DNA of 64,000 nucleotides from Betaproteobacteria bacterium (GTDB taxonomy: Bacteria > Pseudomonadota > Gammaproteobacteria > Burkholderiales > Burkholderiaceae_C), in assembly GCA_028870715.1 (NCBI GenBank), contig JAGWOZ010000001.1, positions 18,216 to 82,215 on the forward strand, written 5' to 3'. Positions 1 through 10,949 of the stretch are shown piece by piece (positions within the stretch are counted from its first letter, which is position 1; every line of letters begins with the position of its first letter). The notes beneath the pieces are model-generated. The model ran no database searches. It was not told where the DNA came from and saw only the letters and a program-made list of their open reading frames with translations. The position numbers and the translations under genes were made by a program.

Positions 1-2
1 GC

Positions 3-1973
3 ATCCGCGAAGTCGAGTCGCGGCTGTCCACGGTCATCAAAATCGATCGTATGAAAGACGCCGTGGACGAGCTGACCGGCGCTGTCACCAGTGAGTTGCT
101 GGCTTATCTCGAATCCTGCGTGACGCTCGAAGCGCCGCGCCCGCTGCGTATGCCCGAAGTGCCGATGTACCTGGATGCGGTGATCGGTCAACACGACTTC
201 GTGACCGGGTTCGAGCCGCGCATCGACAACCGACCGATGGTCTGCCTGGCGCTCGATGGCTTCCCCGCGATGAGCGCGCCCGGCATTTTGGATTTTCTGT
301 CCCGCCTGCCGGTGTCCTATCGCTGGAGCAACCGATTTATTTACCTGTCCCAAGCACAGGCTGACAAAGTGCTCAACAGCTACCGCAGCAAGTGGGCGAT
401 GAAGCGCAAGAGCATGATGAACCTACTGCGCGAAAACGCGGGTGGTCAGGCCACGCACTTGAACCAGCACGCGGTCGAGCAGACCGAAGACGCCGTCGCT
501 GCAATCAGCGAAAACCAGTCCGGCGCGGTTCGTTTCGGCTACTACACCAGCGTGATTTTGCTGGCGAACAACGACGCCGCAGCGCTAACTGAAATTGCGC
601 AAGAGGTGCGCAAAATCGTCGAAAACGCGGGTTTCGGTGTGCGCATCGAGACAGTCAATGCGGTCGAGGCGTACCTGGGCACGATGCCGGGGAACACGCA
701 TGCGAACGTGCGCCGCCCGCTGATCAACACCCTGAATCTGGCTCACCTTCTGCCGTTCACCGCGGTGTGGGCAGGGCCGGACCACAACCCCTGCCCGTTT
801 TACCCGCCGAACAGTCCGCCGCTAATGGTCGCCAAAACGGACGGGGCCACCCCTTTCCGGCTCAGTCTGCACGCCGGCGATCTAGGGCACACCGCGATTC
901 TCGGGCCGACCGGCTCGGGCAAATCGACGCTTCTTGGCACGCTCGCAGCGCAACAGTTCCGCTATCCGAACGCCCAGGTCTTTGCCTTCGATAAGGGTTA
1001 TTCCATGATGCCCCTGTGCTGGGGCGCTGGCGGACAGCATTACGACATCGCGGGCGAACACGGCGATCTGGCTTTCTGCCCGCTTGGGCGGGTGAACGAG
1101 TCCGCCGAACAGGTGTGGGCCGCCGAGTGGCTGGAGCAACTGTGCGAACTACAAGGCGTGAGCGTCCAGCCGCACCATCGGCAGGAAATCTTCCGTGCCG
1201 TCACTCAGCTCGGCGCCTCGACCGACAGCATGGCGCAGCGCACCATGACCAACTTTCTCGTGCTGCTGCAAGATCAGGTTCTGCGCGATGCTTTGCAGGC
1301 CTACACCCTGCGCGGCATGGCGGGTCATCTGCTCGATGCCGAAACCGATGCGCTGGGCGAAGACCCGTTCCAGGTCTTCGAGATGGAACACCTGATGAAC
1401 AAGGGCGACAAGCTGGTGTTGCCCGTGCTCAGCTACCTGTTCCACCGCATCGAACAACGCTTCAAGGGCCAGCCCACGCTGCTCATCCTGGACGAAGCCT
1501 GGATCATGCTCGGCCACCCCGCGTTCAAGGCCAAGATTCGCGAATGGCTCAAGGTGCTTCGCAAGGCCAACGTCGCCGTGGTGTTTGCCACACAGTCGAT
1601 GACCGACCTCACGCGATCGGGCATTGCCGATGTGATTTTCGAGTCCTGTCCGACCAAGATTTTTCTGCCGAACACCGAGGCTCGAACCGAGAACATCCGC
1701 CCGCTGTACGAAGCCGTCGGGCTCAACGCCCGGCAGATCGAAATCCTGGCCATGGCCACCCCCAAGCGCCAGTATTACGTCATGCACCCCGAGGGCAGGC
1801 GGCTGTTCGAGCTGGGCCTGTCCGCTCCTGAGCTGGCTTTCGTGGGTGCGAGCGGCAAGGAAGACATCGCACGCATTCGCACCCTGCGCGATCAACTTGC
1901 CGACGCATGGCCGGCGCAGTGGCTGCGCGAGCGGGGACAGTACGACGCAGCGCAGAAGTGGGAAAGCTACTGA
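3..1973 (+). CDS. trbE: VirB4/TrbE conjugative ATPase (5' end lies outside the window)
   Basis: Walker A GPTGSGKST, AFDKGYS, Walker B LILDEAW, KIREWLKVLRKAN and FATQS; the frame is open upstream of ATG 51 to the window edge. Confidence 0.93.
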   Translation: MREVESRLSTVIKIDRMKDAVDELTGAVTSELLAYLESCVTLEAPRPLRMPEVPMYLDAVIGQHDFVTGFEPRIDNRPMVCLALDGFPAMSAPGILDFLSRLPVSYRWSNRFIYLSQAQADKVLNSYRSKWAMKRKSMMNLLRENAGGQATHLNQHAVEQTEDAVAAISENQSGAVRFGYYTSVILLANNDAAALTEIAQEVRKIVENAGFGVRIETVNAVEAYLGTMPGNTHANVRRPLINTLNLAHLLPFTAVWAGPDHNPCPFYPPNSPPLMVAKTDGATPFRLSLHAGDLGHTAILGPTGSGKSTLLGTLAAQQFRYPNAQVFAFDKGYSMMPLCWGAGGQHYDIAGEHGDLAFCPLGRVNESAEQVWAAEWLEQLCELQGVSVQPHHRQEIFRAVTQLGASTDSMAQRTMTNFLVLLQDQVLRDALQAYTLRGMAGHLLDAETDALGEDPFQVFEMEHLMNKGDKLVLPVLSYLFHRIEQRFKGQPTLLILDEAWIMLGHPAFKAKIREWLKVLRKANVAVVFATQSMTDLTRSGIADVIFESCPTKIFLPNTEARTENIRPLYEAVGLNARQIEILAMATPKRQYYVMHPEGRRLFELGLSAPELAFVGASGKEDIARIRTLRDQLADAWPAQWLRERGQYDAAQKWESY

Positions 1974-2182
1974 TTTTTGTGGCAAGCCCAGCGGTGGGTG
2001 GCGGCCACACCTGATGTTCCTGTCAGGAAAACCTCCGCAGGCGGCGCGCGTTGACCTCGCGCGTGAGCCGTCCGGGCGCCGGTGCCCGTGAATCAAACCC
2101 ATGCCCGCACCGGAGCGGGCATTCTCCATTTTGCCGGGTGCCTCACATAACACTGCATCAAGATTACTTTTGCGAGGACGCC

Positions 2183-2656
2183 ATGCGCCCATCACTGCTT
2201 CCCCTGTTTCTTGCCCCTGCCTTGCTTTTGTCCGCGTGCGCCAATCCCGGCGTCCCGGAGTCGAGCGCGCTTGGCTACAGCACAAGTGGCGCGCAACAAA
2301 TGCAAAGCGTCCAGTTCGGCACGGTGTTGGCAATCCAGCCGGTCCTGATCGCACCCAACACAACGGGCATCGGAACACTCGGTGGGGCTGCGGCTGGCGG
2401 CTATCTCGGCTCGCGCATCGGCGGTGGCAACGGCTCGGTTGCTGCGGCTCTCATCGGCGCAGTCGCCGGCGGCATCGCCGGTAGCGCAGCCGAAGGCGCG
2501 GCAACCCGGCAGCAGGGCTTGCAGATCACGATCCGTCTGGACAGCGGGCAAGTCGTCGCAGTCACGCAAGCCGCCGATGTCGGCCTTGCCGCGGGCCAGC
2601 GCGTTGAAATCATCGGCGGAATGTATGGCGGCAAAGTCCGCGTGCTTCCGGCTTGA
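2183..2656 (+). CDS. SlyB/Pcp-like glycine-zipper 2TM outer-membrane lipoprotein
   Basis: Lipobox LLSAC, glycine zipper GTLGGAAAGGYLGSRIGGGNG, C-terminal ITIRLDSGQVVAVTQ..GQRVEI; GAGG RBS before ATG 2183. Confidence 0.85.
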   Translation: MRPSLLPLFLAPALLLSACANPGVPESSALGYSTSGAQQMQSVQFGTVLAIQPVLIAPNTTGIGTLGGAAAGGYLGSRIGGGNGSVAAALIGAVAGGIAGSAAEGAATRQQGLQITIRLDSGQVVAVTQAADVGLAAGQRVEIIGGMYGGKVRVLPA

Positions 2657-2726
2657 TGCACCGCGACCCAAGGAAAGGCAAAGGCAGGGGCAAGGAAATG
2701 CCTCACCCTGAACCAGCGAGGACTCC

Positions 2727-4127
2727 ATGGCCACAAAGACTTTTTTGAAAGCCGCGATCGCATCGGCCGTCGCGGCGCTTTCGTTTGCGGCATCGGCCCA
2801 GACCTTCACGGCAAACGCCCCGGCACCCGCGCCCGACCCCAGCGCGCAGCAGGCCCTGAGCACGGCGGCCAACACCAACGGCACCTCGACCTACAACGCC
2901 GGGGTGGCCTACTACGACCAACAGGCCTACCAGGCTGCGGCGCAGACGGCGCAGAGCATCTCCGACCAGGATGCGGCAAACGTCGGCAGCGGATACGGTG
3001 GTGGCATGGGTTACAGCGACGCCTGGCAGCAGGCCGCGACGCAGGCCCAGGGCGTGGCCGACCAGAACCAGGCGCAGGCCGACAACCAGACCCCGCTTCA
3101 ACAGCAAAGCGAATCGTCGCAGACCAGCAGCGCGCAGTCGGAGACGGCTGCGTCGCCCGCGGTAGCAAGTGCCAACAGCACGGCCGCGCAAAGCGCATCG
3201 AACAGCGGCTCCAGCCAGTCCTTTGCCGACATCAGCGCGCAGACCGGCGTGCCGCAGGGTCAGGTCACGGTGAGCAACAACACCGCCGAATATCTGGTGG
3301 CGGGGGGCGCGACGCAGGCCCTGATGAATGGCGTCTCCACGGACGGCTATCAGGCCAACATCGCCGCCTACCAGGCCGCGCAGAACGCCGCGGCGTGCTC
3401 GGGATGGAACGCAGGTTGTGCCGCCTTCTGGTGGGCCGTCAACGCCAGCCAGCAGGTGCGCGCCAATGCGGACTACGCGGCCAACACGGCAGCGGCCCCC
3501 GTGCTCGGGTCGGCCCTGAATGTCGCTGCGGCGGCGTCCGCGATCCAGAGTGCGTCCCAGACCCTGCAGCAGATCCAGTCCATGACCGGCGTGAGTCAGG
3601 GACAGACCGCCGGGGCGACCAGTGCGCAGCAGGCACAGGCGCTGACCACGGCGGGCACCGGCGTCGCCCAAGGGCAACCGCAAGTCGGCACGGACACCAG
3701 CTACACCACGGCTGCGGACACGCAGCAGGCCGACCTGGGCGCGGCCACGCAGCAGAACCAGAACGCTGCGGTGACCGCCGCGCAGGCCTGGCAGACGGGG
3801 TTGAGCGCCCTCTATTCGCGCAACGCGGCGCAAAACATCGCCGCCTACGACAACACCATGGCGCAAACCACGGGCGACCCGGACTGGACATCGGCGGCGC
3901 AGATCGCGCAACAGCAGGTCGACCAGCAAGGGACGACCTACGACGCCCAGAGCGTGTTCCAGAACCAGGCGATCGCCGCGGGCAACAGCAGTGGTGCCGC
4001 GGCGAACGCCATGGCTCCCGGCATCGGCAACACCCTCAACACCGCCGCATCCAGCTCGGCCACGTCGCAGGCGCAGGCCACATTGCAAGACATCGCCGCA
4101 CAGACCGGCGTACCGCAAAACCAGTAA
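2727..4127 (+). CDS. Secreted Ala/Gln/Thr-rich low-complexity protein of unknown function
   Basis: GAGGA RBS, signal peptide ending ASA-Q, internal repeat DIxAQTGVPQ; directly upstream of trbJ. Confidence 0.7.
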   Translation: MATKTFLKAAIASAVAALSFAASAQTFTANAPAPAPDPSAQQALSTAANTNGTSTYNAGVAYYDQQAYQAAAQTAQSISDQDAANVGSGYGGGMGYSDAWQQAATQAQGVADQNQAQADNQTPLQQQSESSQTSSAQSETAASPAVASANSTAAQSASNSGSSQSFADISAQTGVPQGQVTVSNNTAEYLVAGGATQALMNGVSTDGYQANIAAYQAAQNAAACSGWNAGCAAFWWAVNASQQVRANADYAANTAAAPVLGSALNVAAAASAIQSASQTLQQIQSMTGVSQGQTAGATSAQQAQALTTAGTGVAQGQPQVGTDTSYTTAADTQQADLGAATQQNQNAAVTAAQAWQTGLSALYSRNAAQNIAAYDNTMAQTTGDPDWTSAAQIAQQQVDQQGTTYDAQSVFQNQAIAAGNSSGAAANAMAPGIGNTLNTAASSSATSQAQATLQDIAAQTGVPQNQ

Positions 4128-4142
4128 CCCCAGGAGGACATC

Positions 4143-4835
4143 ATGCACATTCGCAAACTCACCGCAGCGACCGTCGCTGCCCTCGCTTTGCTGGCGACTG
4201 CCCCAGCCCACGCCACCGGCATGATCGCCGGGGCGACCTTCCCCGAGCAGATCGTGCAGGAACTGACCCTGGTCGAGCAGTACGCGACCCAGGCACAGCA
4301 GCTTCAGGCGCAGTTCCAGATGGTCTACAACCAGGCCATGAACTTGAAGAATCTGCCGACCCAGATGTGGCCGAACGTCTCGGGGCAGTTGCAGAACCTG
4401 ATCAACCTGGTCGGCAACGCCCAGGGGTTGACCTATGCCGCACAGAACACCGCCGCCGGGGTGCAAGCCGAGTATGGCGTGAACGGCCAGAGCTACCAGC
4501 AAAACCTGTCGCAATGGAACGGCAACCTGCAGAGCCAGATTCAGCAGGCGCTCAACTCATTCGGGCTTCAAGCGCAGGATTTCCAGACCCAGCAGCAGGC
4601 CTTGCAGCAGATTCAAAACGCCAGCCAGTCCGCGACGGGCCGCATGCAGGTTATGCAGGCCGGCAACCAGATTGCAGGCCTGATGGTGAACCAACTGCAG
4701 GGATTGCAGCAGACCATCATGGCGAACGGCCAGGTTCAACTCAACGCGATCGGCGCTCAAAACGCGCAGAACCTGCAAAAAAGTCAGATCAACCAGCAGT
4801 TCCTGAACGGTTCAACCGGCAAAGGCTTCTATTGA
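4143..4835 (+). CDS. trbJ: TrbJ/VirB5-like minor pilin
   Basis: Signal peptide, GATFPEQI, Gln-rich helices, SATGRMQVMQAGNQIA typical of TrbJ; position before trbL. Confidence 0.85.
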   Translation: MHIRKLTAATVAALALLATAPAHATGMIAGATFPEQIVQELTLVEQYATQAQQLQAQFQMVYNQAMNLKNLPTQMWPNVSGQLQNLINLVGNAQGLTYAAQNTAAGVQAEYGVNGQSYQQNLSQWNGNLQSQIQQALNSFGLQAQDFQTQQQALQQIQNASQSATGRMQVMQAGNQIAGLMVNQLQGLQQTIMANGQVQLNAIGAQNAQNLQKSQINQQFLNGSTGKGFY

Positions 4836-4939
4836 TCGCATTTTGCCGGTACATTCCATATCCACCAGACGGCCGAAAGGCGCGAGTGCGGGGCGACTCA
4901 TCGAAACAGCCCCTTCCTCAACCCTTCGGAGAGCACACC

Positions 4940-5452
4940 ATGAAGTCGTCTGGCCGCACCCGCATTCCATCCCTCGTCCTCGCCTGCGCAATCGGCCTTT
5001 TGGCTGGCTGCGGGCATGACGCACCATCCGTGACCGCCCCTGCCGTTGACAAGGTCGCTGGGACGCAGATCAACACGTCTGAAGGCCCGTTCGGCGGGCA
5101 GACGGTCGCCTGGTACGAGGCGCAGATGGATAGCCACGCAAACCCCCAATCCGCCGACAATCCGGCTTGGGCCGAAGCCCTCTGGTGCAACGGCAAGGAC
5201 GCAAAGCTGAACGCAACCGCCACCGCCGACGAGGTGCGCAAACGCATGGGCACCATCTCATGCCAGAACCTGTTCCAGGGCGTGAGCCAGGCGCAAGGCC
5301 CCTATGCGGGCCACGACCACGCATGGTTCAAGGCGCACCCCAAAGAGCGCGGCATTCAATCGGGATGGTGTCAGGCCGCGAAAGGTGGCTCGCCGATGGC
5401 TTGGGGCGGCGCGTGCTTTGCGACGGAAACGACGGGCGCTGGAGTCTACTAA
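4940..5452 (+). CDS. Entry-exclusion-like lipoprotein (EexN/TrbK position)
   Basis: Lipobox LLAGC; two EexN-like segments (QTVAWYEAQ..WC and HDHAWFKAHPKER..WC); lies between trbJ and trbL. Confidence 0.6.
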   Translation: MKSSGRTRIPSLVLACAIGLLAGCGHDAPSVTAPAVDKVAGTQINTSEGPFGGQTVAWYEAQMDSHANPQSADNPAWAEALWCNGKDAKLNATATADEVRKRMGTISCQNLFQGVSQAQGPYAGHDHAWFKAHPKERGIQSGWCQAAKGGSPMAWGGACFATETTGAGVY

Positions 5453-5526
5453 GCTTCCTTGCCCCTGCCTTTGCCTTTTGCCGGGCTGTGTGCATAACCA
5501 CCTGTCAACCATCCGACAGGTGCGTC

Positions 5527-7257
5527 ATGAAAACCTACACCCCCGCGCGCTGGCTTTTTCCGCTTGCGCTTGTCCTTGCCCTCGCCCCTGCCGCCTACGC
5601 CGGCAACGGCGTTCTCGACCAGATTCAGGGGGCATTCCAGTCTGCCTCGACCGGCTGGATGTCCACCGCCCTGAACCTCGCACGCCCACTTTTTTTCGGT
5701 CTTGCGGGACTGGAGTTCGCCTGGGCGGCGATCAACTACACGTTGCGCAAGAACGATCTTGGTGAACTGATCACCGCGATGACGCTGAAGATTCTCGGCA
5801 TTGCGTTCTTCGCGATGGTGTTGACGATGGCTCCGACCTGGATTCCACCGATCATCAACAGTTTCACGCAAGCCGGGCAGACCGTTGGCGGTGGCGGCGC
5901 AACCTCGATCTCATCGTCGGTTGGCCCGTCTGAAATCCTGAGTACGGGCATCGACACGGCGGCCAAGGTCGTCTCGGTCGCCAATAGCATTAACAACGGC
6001 CAAACCGCCGCCGGGGTGAGCATTTTTCACCCTGGCGACTCGATCGCGGCCATCGGCACCAATCTGCTGTCTGCCATCTTCATCGGCATGTCGGGCCTCA
6101 TGATCCTGCTCGGCTATCTCGCCATCGCTCTCCAGCTTTTGATCACGACGATCGAAAGCTATATCGTCATCGGGGCCGGCGCGCTGATGATCGGCTTCTC
6201 CGGCAGCCGCTGGACACTGCCGTTCGCTGAAAAGTATTTCGGCTACGCCGTCAGCGTGGGCATCAAGCTGTTCACGATCTATGTCGTTGCCGGTTTCGGT
6301 GGACAGCTTGGCAACATCATCATTCAACACTGGGCTAGTGTGCAGTCGATGTCGCCACCGAACAATACGGTCGGCCCAATCGATTTCATGACCGCCGGGA
6401 TCACAACCCTGGCTTACGGCGCGGTGGGCTATATGGTGCCAGGCATCGCCGGATCGATGATGAACGGCTCGCCCGCAATGAGCCTCGCCAATGCTGGCGG
6501 CGCCGCAGGCGGCATGGCCGCAGCCCCGATTGCAGGCGGGCTTGCGGCGGGCGCGGCAGGCATGCGTGCGGCGGGCCTGATGGGCAAGGCGATCCCGAGC
6601 TTTGGAGGTGGGCCCGCCATTGGCGGCATCGGCGGAAGCGCGCTTGGGCCGTCTGGCCCCGTTGGCGGCGTCTCCGGCACCGCGCGTCTCGAATCGCTTG
6701 CGGCTGGTGGCAAGAGCGCTCAAGCTGGGGCCGGGTCGGCGCTGACCTCGGGCGCAGCTAGCGGTTCAATGGGAGCGTCTGACAAGGCAGCCACACCGAA
6801 CGCGCCACAAGCTCAGAGCGGTCAAAGCGAAGTGTCCGCGCGATTCCAGCCGGACGGTAAGGCCGCGAACACAGGCGTAACGACCGGCACGAGCGAAGGC
6901 GTGAAGTCTGGCGCGGAACTTAGCAAGCCGACTGCGCCTGTCACGCAAGAAGCCAAGCCATCAGCGGCGGTAAGCACAACGCCCGGCGGTAACGGCTTCG
7001 AGTCATCCCAGGCCCAGCATGCCGCTGCGCAAAACGAGTCTGGCGCAGGTGCCGCGCAGGCGTCCGAAGCTACGCAGGCGGCAGCACAAAAAGCGTTCGA
7101 GCAGAACAACACGCAAGCCAAGCATGGGCCTGGGCTTGCAGACCGAGCGCTGGATGCGGCGCAGACTATGCAGCACGAATCGAACCGGCGCAAACCGGGG
7201 CTGTCGCACGACGGACAGAGTAGCGGCGTCAGCATTCGCATGAACCACGTCGATTGA
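5527..7257 (+). CDS. trbL: TrbL/VirB6 inner-membrane T4SS protein
   Basis: Several TM helices, LLITTIESYIV..GFSGSRWT..AEKYFGYAVSVGIKL motif, Gly/Ala-rich tail. Confidence 0.9.
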   Translation: MKTYTPARWLFPLALVLALAPAAYAGNGVLDQIQGAFQSASTGWMSTALNLARPLFFGLAGLEFAWAAINYTLRKNDLGELITAMTLKILGIAFFAMVLTMAPTWIPPIINSFTQAGQTVGGGGATSISSSVGPSEILSTGIDTAAKVVSVANSINNGQTAAGVSIFHPGDSIAAIGTNLLSAIFIGMSGLMILLGYLAIALQLLITTIESYIVIGAGALMIGFSGSRWTLPFAEKYFGYAVSVGIKLFTIYVVAGFGGQLGNIIIQHWASVQSMSPPNNTVGPIDFMTAGITTLAYGAVGYMVPGIAGSMMNGSPAMSLANAGGAAGGMAAAPIAGGLAAGAAGMRAAGLMGKAIPSFGGGPAIGGIGGSALGPSGPVGGVSGTARLESLAAGGKSAQAGAGSALTSGAASGSMGASDKAATPNAPQAQSGQSEVSARFQPDGKAANTGVTTGTSEGVKSGAELSKPTAPVTQEAKPSAAVSTTPGGNGFESSQAQHAAAQNESGAGAAQASEATQAAAQKAFEQNNTQAKHGPGLADRALDAAQTMQHESNRRKPGLSHDGQSSGVSIRMNHVD

Positions 7258-7276
7258 TCCATCCTCCCTCCCCCCG

Positions 7277-7299
7277 ACCCGGCTTCGTGCCGGGTTTTT
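7277..7299 (+). terminator. Intrinsic terminator (ACCCGGC family)
   Basis: ACCCGGC-ttcgt-GCCGGGT hairpin followed by a T run, after the trbL stop. Confidence 0.75.
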
Positions 7300-7368
7300 C
7301 GTTTTGCCGGGTGATGCGCATATCCCACTAAGCCCGCGATCCGCGCGGGCGCCACTGAGGAAGCTTCC

Positions 7369-9627
7369 ATGCGCAAAGCAAAAGCACTACTTGTTGCCGC
7401 ACTCTCCGCGGTCTGGATCAATCCATCATTTGCGACCACCACGTCGACGGGTTCGTCGCCGTTCGTTGGTGCGACCACCACGAACAAGGTCGCAGGTGGA
7501 ACATCAGCAGCCGCTCAGGATGCCGCAAGCGCTCAGGAGACTGACGTGGGAACGTCGAGCACGACCGCCAGCGGCCTCCAATCGTCAACGACGGCGGTTT
7601 CTGGCCCACGCGCCGCGCCAAGCGCAGGGAACCCAAATCCTCAGCCCTCGGGTGGGAATGCCTACCTTGGCTATGGCGCTGATGCGTCGGGCTCTGACCA
7701 GAATGGCGACGCGGGATACGGCAACACCGCCATCGGCAACAACGCCGCGACCAGCGACTCGAACGCCTCGGCGCCGGGCAGCAACAACACGGCTCTTGGG
7801 AACGGCGCAACCGCGATTGATGGTCAGTATTCCGGTGGCAGCGGCGCGCAGGGCACGCTCGCCGCTGGGTCGGGCTCATACGCGCAAGGCATGGGTGCGT
7901 CCGCTGTCGGGCCAGCCGCCACGGCGTCGAGCCCCTATGCATCAGCGTTCGGTTCAGGCGCCACCGCCACGGCGTACTCTGCAACGGCGATGGGCGCAGG
8001 CGCGAAGGCTTCAGGAGTCGATTCCATCGCTATCGGCACCGCAGCGACGGCCAGTGGGGACACGCTCGGCAATGCCGCCACAGCCATCGGATCGTACTCA
8101 TCGGCGACGGTTGCGGGAACTGCCGTAGGCTACCAATCAAGCGCCGTCGGCACGGGCGCGGCGCTTGGTCTCGACTCGTCGGCTAGCGATCAGGCCGTTG
8201 CTATTGGCAATAACGCCGGCACGGGAGGCTTCGGCTCCCCTTATTCCGGCGGCGTTGCGATCGGTTCCAACGCGAACGCAGTAGCTAATGGCTCGGTTGC
8301 CATCGGTCAAAACGCCGTATCTGCTGGTGTGAATAGCGTTGCACTCGGCGCTGGCAGCCTCGACGAGGGCGCGGCCAACGTAGTAAGCATCGGGAGCCCA
8401 TCACAAACGCGAGCGATCATCAACGTGACCGCCGGCGTGAACGCCACCGACGGCGTGAACGTCAGCCAGTTGTCCGGTTTGTGGAGCGGCACCGCCAGCA
8501 ACCCTGTTTTCACTTTCGGGGCAAACGCAGGCGCGATCGGCGGTGGATCGCCCGTCGTCATCACCAATGTTGCAGCGGGCTCGATCAGCGCGAGCAGCAC
8601 AGACGCCGTGAACGGCGCGCAACTTTATTCAGTGCAGCAAAACCTGCAAGGCCAGATCAGCACACTGCAGCAGTCGGGCGGCGTGCCTGGCCCGCAAGGT
8701 CCGGCTGGGCCGCAGGGGGCGACGGGAGCAACTGGCCCGCAGGGGCCCGCAGGTCCGCAAGGTCCGCAGGGCATCCCAGGCGAGCCCCAGCCCGGTTCTG
8801 GCAGTTCCGGCAGCACAAGCGGCTCTGGCGGCACGACCAACGTGAACAATAGGAACGGCATTTGCGTCACGACGAACGGTTCCAATGTGGTGTGCGGCAA
8901 CGGCGCAACCGCGGCAGGTACGAACGCGATCGCGCAAGGCACCAGCGCCACTGCGGCAGGAACGAACGCCGTGGCCCAGGGCCAGCAGGCCAGTTCCAGC
9001 GGCAACAATGCCGTGGCGATCGGCCAGGGGGCTTCGGCAACCGGCGAGAACACCATTGCCTACGGCACGGGCGCTCAGGCAGCTTTTGCTGGCTCAGTCG
9101 CTATCGGCAATGGCGCGCGGGCGATTGCCGACCCGACGACCGCCGTGGGCGACAACTCCGCGGCGGTCGGCAACAACTCGGTTGCGCTCGGCGCGAACGC
9201 GACGGCGAATGGCGGCAACTCTGTAGCGCTTGGACAGGGCTCGGTGGCAAACCGTGACAACTCGGTAAGCGTCGGCAGCACGTCGCAGCAACGCCAGATC
9301 ACGAACCTCGCGCCGGGCACGGCGGGCACGGACGCAGTGAACGTCAATCAACTCAATGCCGCGGTGGCTGGTGTCCAGCAAAACCTGCAAAACCAGATCA
9401 ACGGCGTGGGCGCGATGGGGATGGCTGCGGCACAGATCGCGGGGCCCGCCCTTGCGGGCAAGTCCGCCGCTGGCGTTGGTATCGCAGGCGTGGGCAATCA
9501 GCAGGCCATCGCTATCGGTGTCAGCCATGTACCGCAGGGCCACCCGAACATGCTGGTTCGCTTCTCAGCGGCTTACAGCACGGCCGGGCAAACCGCCGTA
9601 GCGGCGGGGGCGAGCTGGCAGTTCTGA
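7369..9627 (+). CDS. YadA-family trimeric autotransporter adhesin with a collagen-like insert
   Basis: Signal peptide, AVAIG/SVALG head repeats, neck motifs ([18 protein letters not shown]), Gly-X-Y run [10 protein letters not shown]..., C-terminal anchor ending SWQF. Confidence 0.9.
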   Translation: MRKAKALLVAALSAVWINPSFATTTSTGSSPFVGATTTNKVAGGTSAAAQDAASAQETDVGTSSTTASGLQSSTTAVSGPRAAPSAGNPNPQPSGGNAYLGYGADASGSDQNGDAGYGNTAIGNNAATSDSNASAPGSNNTALGNGATAIDGQYSGGSGAQGTLAAGSGSYAQGMGASAVGPAATASSPYASAFGSGATATAYSATAMGAGAKASGVDSIAIGTAATASGDTLGNAATAIGSYSSATVAGTAVGYQSSAVGTGAALGLDSSASDQAVAIGNNAGTGGFGSPYSGGVAIGSNANAVANGSVAIGQNAVSAGVNSVALGAGSLDEGAANVVSIGSPSQTRAIINVTAGVNATDGVNVSQLSGLWSGTASNPVFTFGANAGAIGGGSPVVITNVAAGSISASSTDAVNGAQLYSVQQNLQGQISTLQQSGGVPGPQGPAGPQGATGATGPQGPAGPQGPQGIPGEPQPGSGSSGSTSGSGGTTNVNNRNGICVTTNGSNVVCGNGATAAGTNAIAQGTSATAAGTNAVAQGQQASSSGNNAVAIGQGASATGENTIAYGTGAQAAFAGSVAIGNGARAIADPTTAVGDNSAAVGNNSVALGANATANGGNSVALGQGSVANRDNSVSVGSTSQQRQITNLAPGTAGTDAVNVNQLNAAVAGVQQNLQNQINGVGAMGMAAAQIAGPALAGKSAAGVGIAGVGNQQAIAIGVSHVPQGHPNMLVRFSAAYSTAGQTAVAAGASWQF

Positions 9628-9686
9628 TACGTCGTTTTGTCTCCCCTCGCGCATATCCCCTGCAGTGAACCTGCAGGGGATTTTTC

Positions 9687-10856
9687 ATGTCCGCTTTTGA
9701 ACAAGCTGTGCTGTCTGATTTGGAATCGCGCGGCTGGACGATCGGCAAGCCACGCCAGGCGCGAGAAGGCCTGATGTACCGCGCGAACGATGGCGCCGGC
9801 TCGACTGATGCGCAAACGGTGCTGGTCAAAGACAGCATCGCAGTTATCACCTTCCACCGCCCCGCTGACATCCCGGCGGGCTGGCGTGCGGGTCGCGATG
9901 CGGCTGACGGCTCAGCAACTGCATTCATCACGGCACGCGATCTCCGCATCGATGCGCCAGCGCCGGCCATCCGCCCGCTGTCGCCTGCCCGCCCCGAGCG
10001 CGAACCTCTGGACTCGGCTTGTGTCGCCGAAATCCGCGCGGCGTGGGACGCTAAAGCATTCCCGCGTGATGACCATCCGCAGTTCACGAAGCGCGGCGGT
10101 TGGGTTCACCCGTCCGGGCTGCGCGAGTATCCCGCCGGGCATAGGCACGCGGGCGATCTGCTGGCACCCATGTTCCGTCCGGTGTCCGGCGCCTCGCGTG
10201 GGATCGAGCTTTGCGGTGCGCAGCAACTGCTGCGGGATACCAGCAAGTCGCCCGATAAATACATCGTCGCCGGGAGCAAGGCCGCGGGTGCGTTCGCTCC
10301 TTTGCCGTTGCGCGAATCGTTTTTCAGGCCAGGTGCTGCGCTGGGCGAAGACTGGCTTCCTGCAGGTGCCCGGATCGTCGTCACCGAGGGTGTGCGAACC
10401 GGCCAAGCTGTCCGGTCGGCGACCGCTGGTTGGGCTCAGCCAGGCGGCCGGGAAACGGTTGTGCTGGCTGCTCTGGCCGCGAACAACCTCCCAGCGGTCG
10501 CGCGCTGGCTGAAATCGTCGGGCATGTCTGCCACGCACGAGGTCGTGTTCGCGGCTGATAACGACGGCTTGAAATCGCAATTCGTCGGCATTCGCAAGGC
10601 GGTTGAGGCCGCTGAGTTGTGCGGCGGCAAGGTTGCCCTGATCGACAACGACAAGCCAGGGTTTGACATGTACGACCTGCTGGTCTCACGCAAGCATGAC
10701 CTGCGGGCGGGCCAATCGGCGGTTCGCGAACTGATCGACGGCGCCCGCGATCCCTCGCAGATCAGGGCCGACCGCACCGAGGCATTCGAGCCGCAGCAAA
10801 GACAAGGCACAGACAGGGGCAATGAAAGCGTTCGCGCGGCGGGCGTCGAGCGTTGA
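9687..10856 (+). CDS. Toprim-domain primase-like protein (TraC/DnaG-like core, no Zn finger seen)
   Basis: IVVTEGVRT, AANNL, VFAADND and a final FDMYD motif match Toprim E and DxD motifs. Confidence 0.7.
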   Translation: MSAFEQAVLSDLESRGWTIGKPRQAREGLMYRANDGAGSTDAQTVLVKDSIAVITFHRPADIPAGWRAGRDAADGSATAFITARDLRIDAPAPAIRPLSPARPEREPLDSACVAEIRAAWDAKAFPRDDHPQFTKRGGWVHPSGLREYPAGHRHAGDLLAPMFRPVSGASRGIELCGAQQLLRDTSKSPDKYIVAGSKAAGAFAPLPLRESFFRPGAALGEDWLPAGARIVVTEGVRTGQAVRSATAGWAQPGGRETVVLAALAANNLPAVARWLKSSGMSATHEVVFAADNDGLKSQFVGIRKAVEAAELCGGKVALIDNDKPGFDMYDLLVSRKHDLRAGQSAVRELIDGARDPSQIRADRTEAFEPQQRQGTDRGNESVRAAGVER

Positions 10857-10949
10857 CCCATTTGCCTTGCCCCTGCCTTTGTCCTTTTGCCGTGTGCACG
10901 GCATATCCCATCAACCGGCACGGGCCGGATGCTTAGAAAGGCGAAGATC

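Noticed and set aside
2703-4514. Long antisense or alternate-frame ORFs (also 1149-2378, 12411-14522, 15959-17284, 20501-21829, 61684-63033)
   Set aside because: Shadow ORFs of real genes in GC-rich DNA; no motifs or RBS
3395-4939. 685-aa ORF extension upstream of the lipoprotein
   Set aside because: Overlaps two real genes out of frame; RBS and lipobox support ATG 4940
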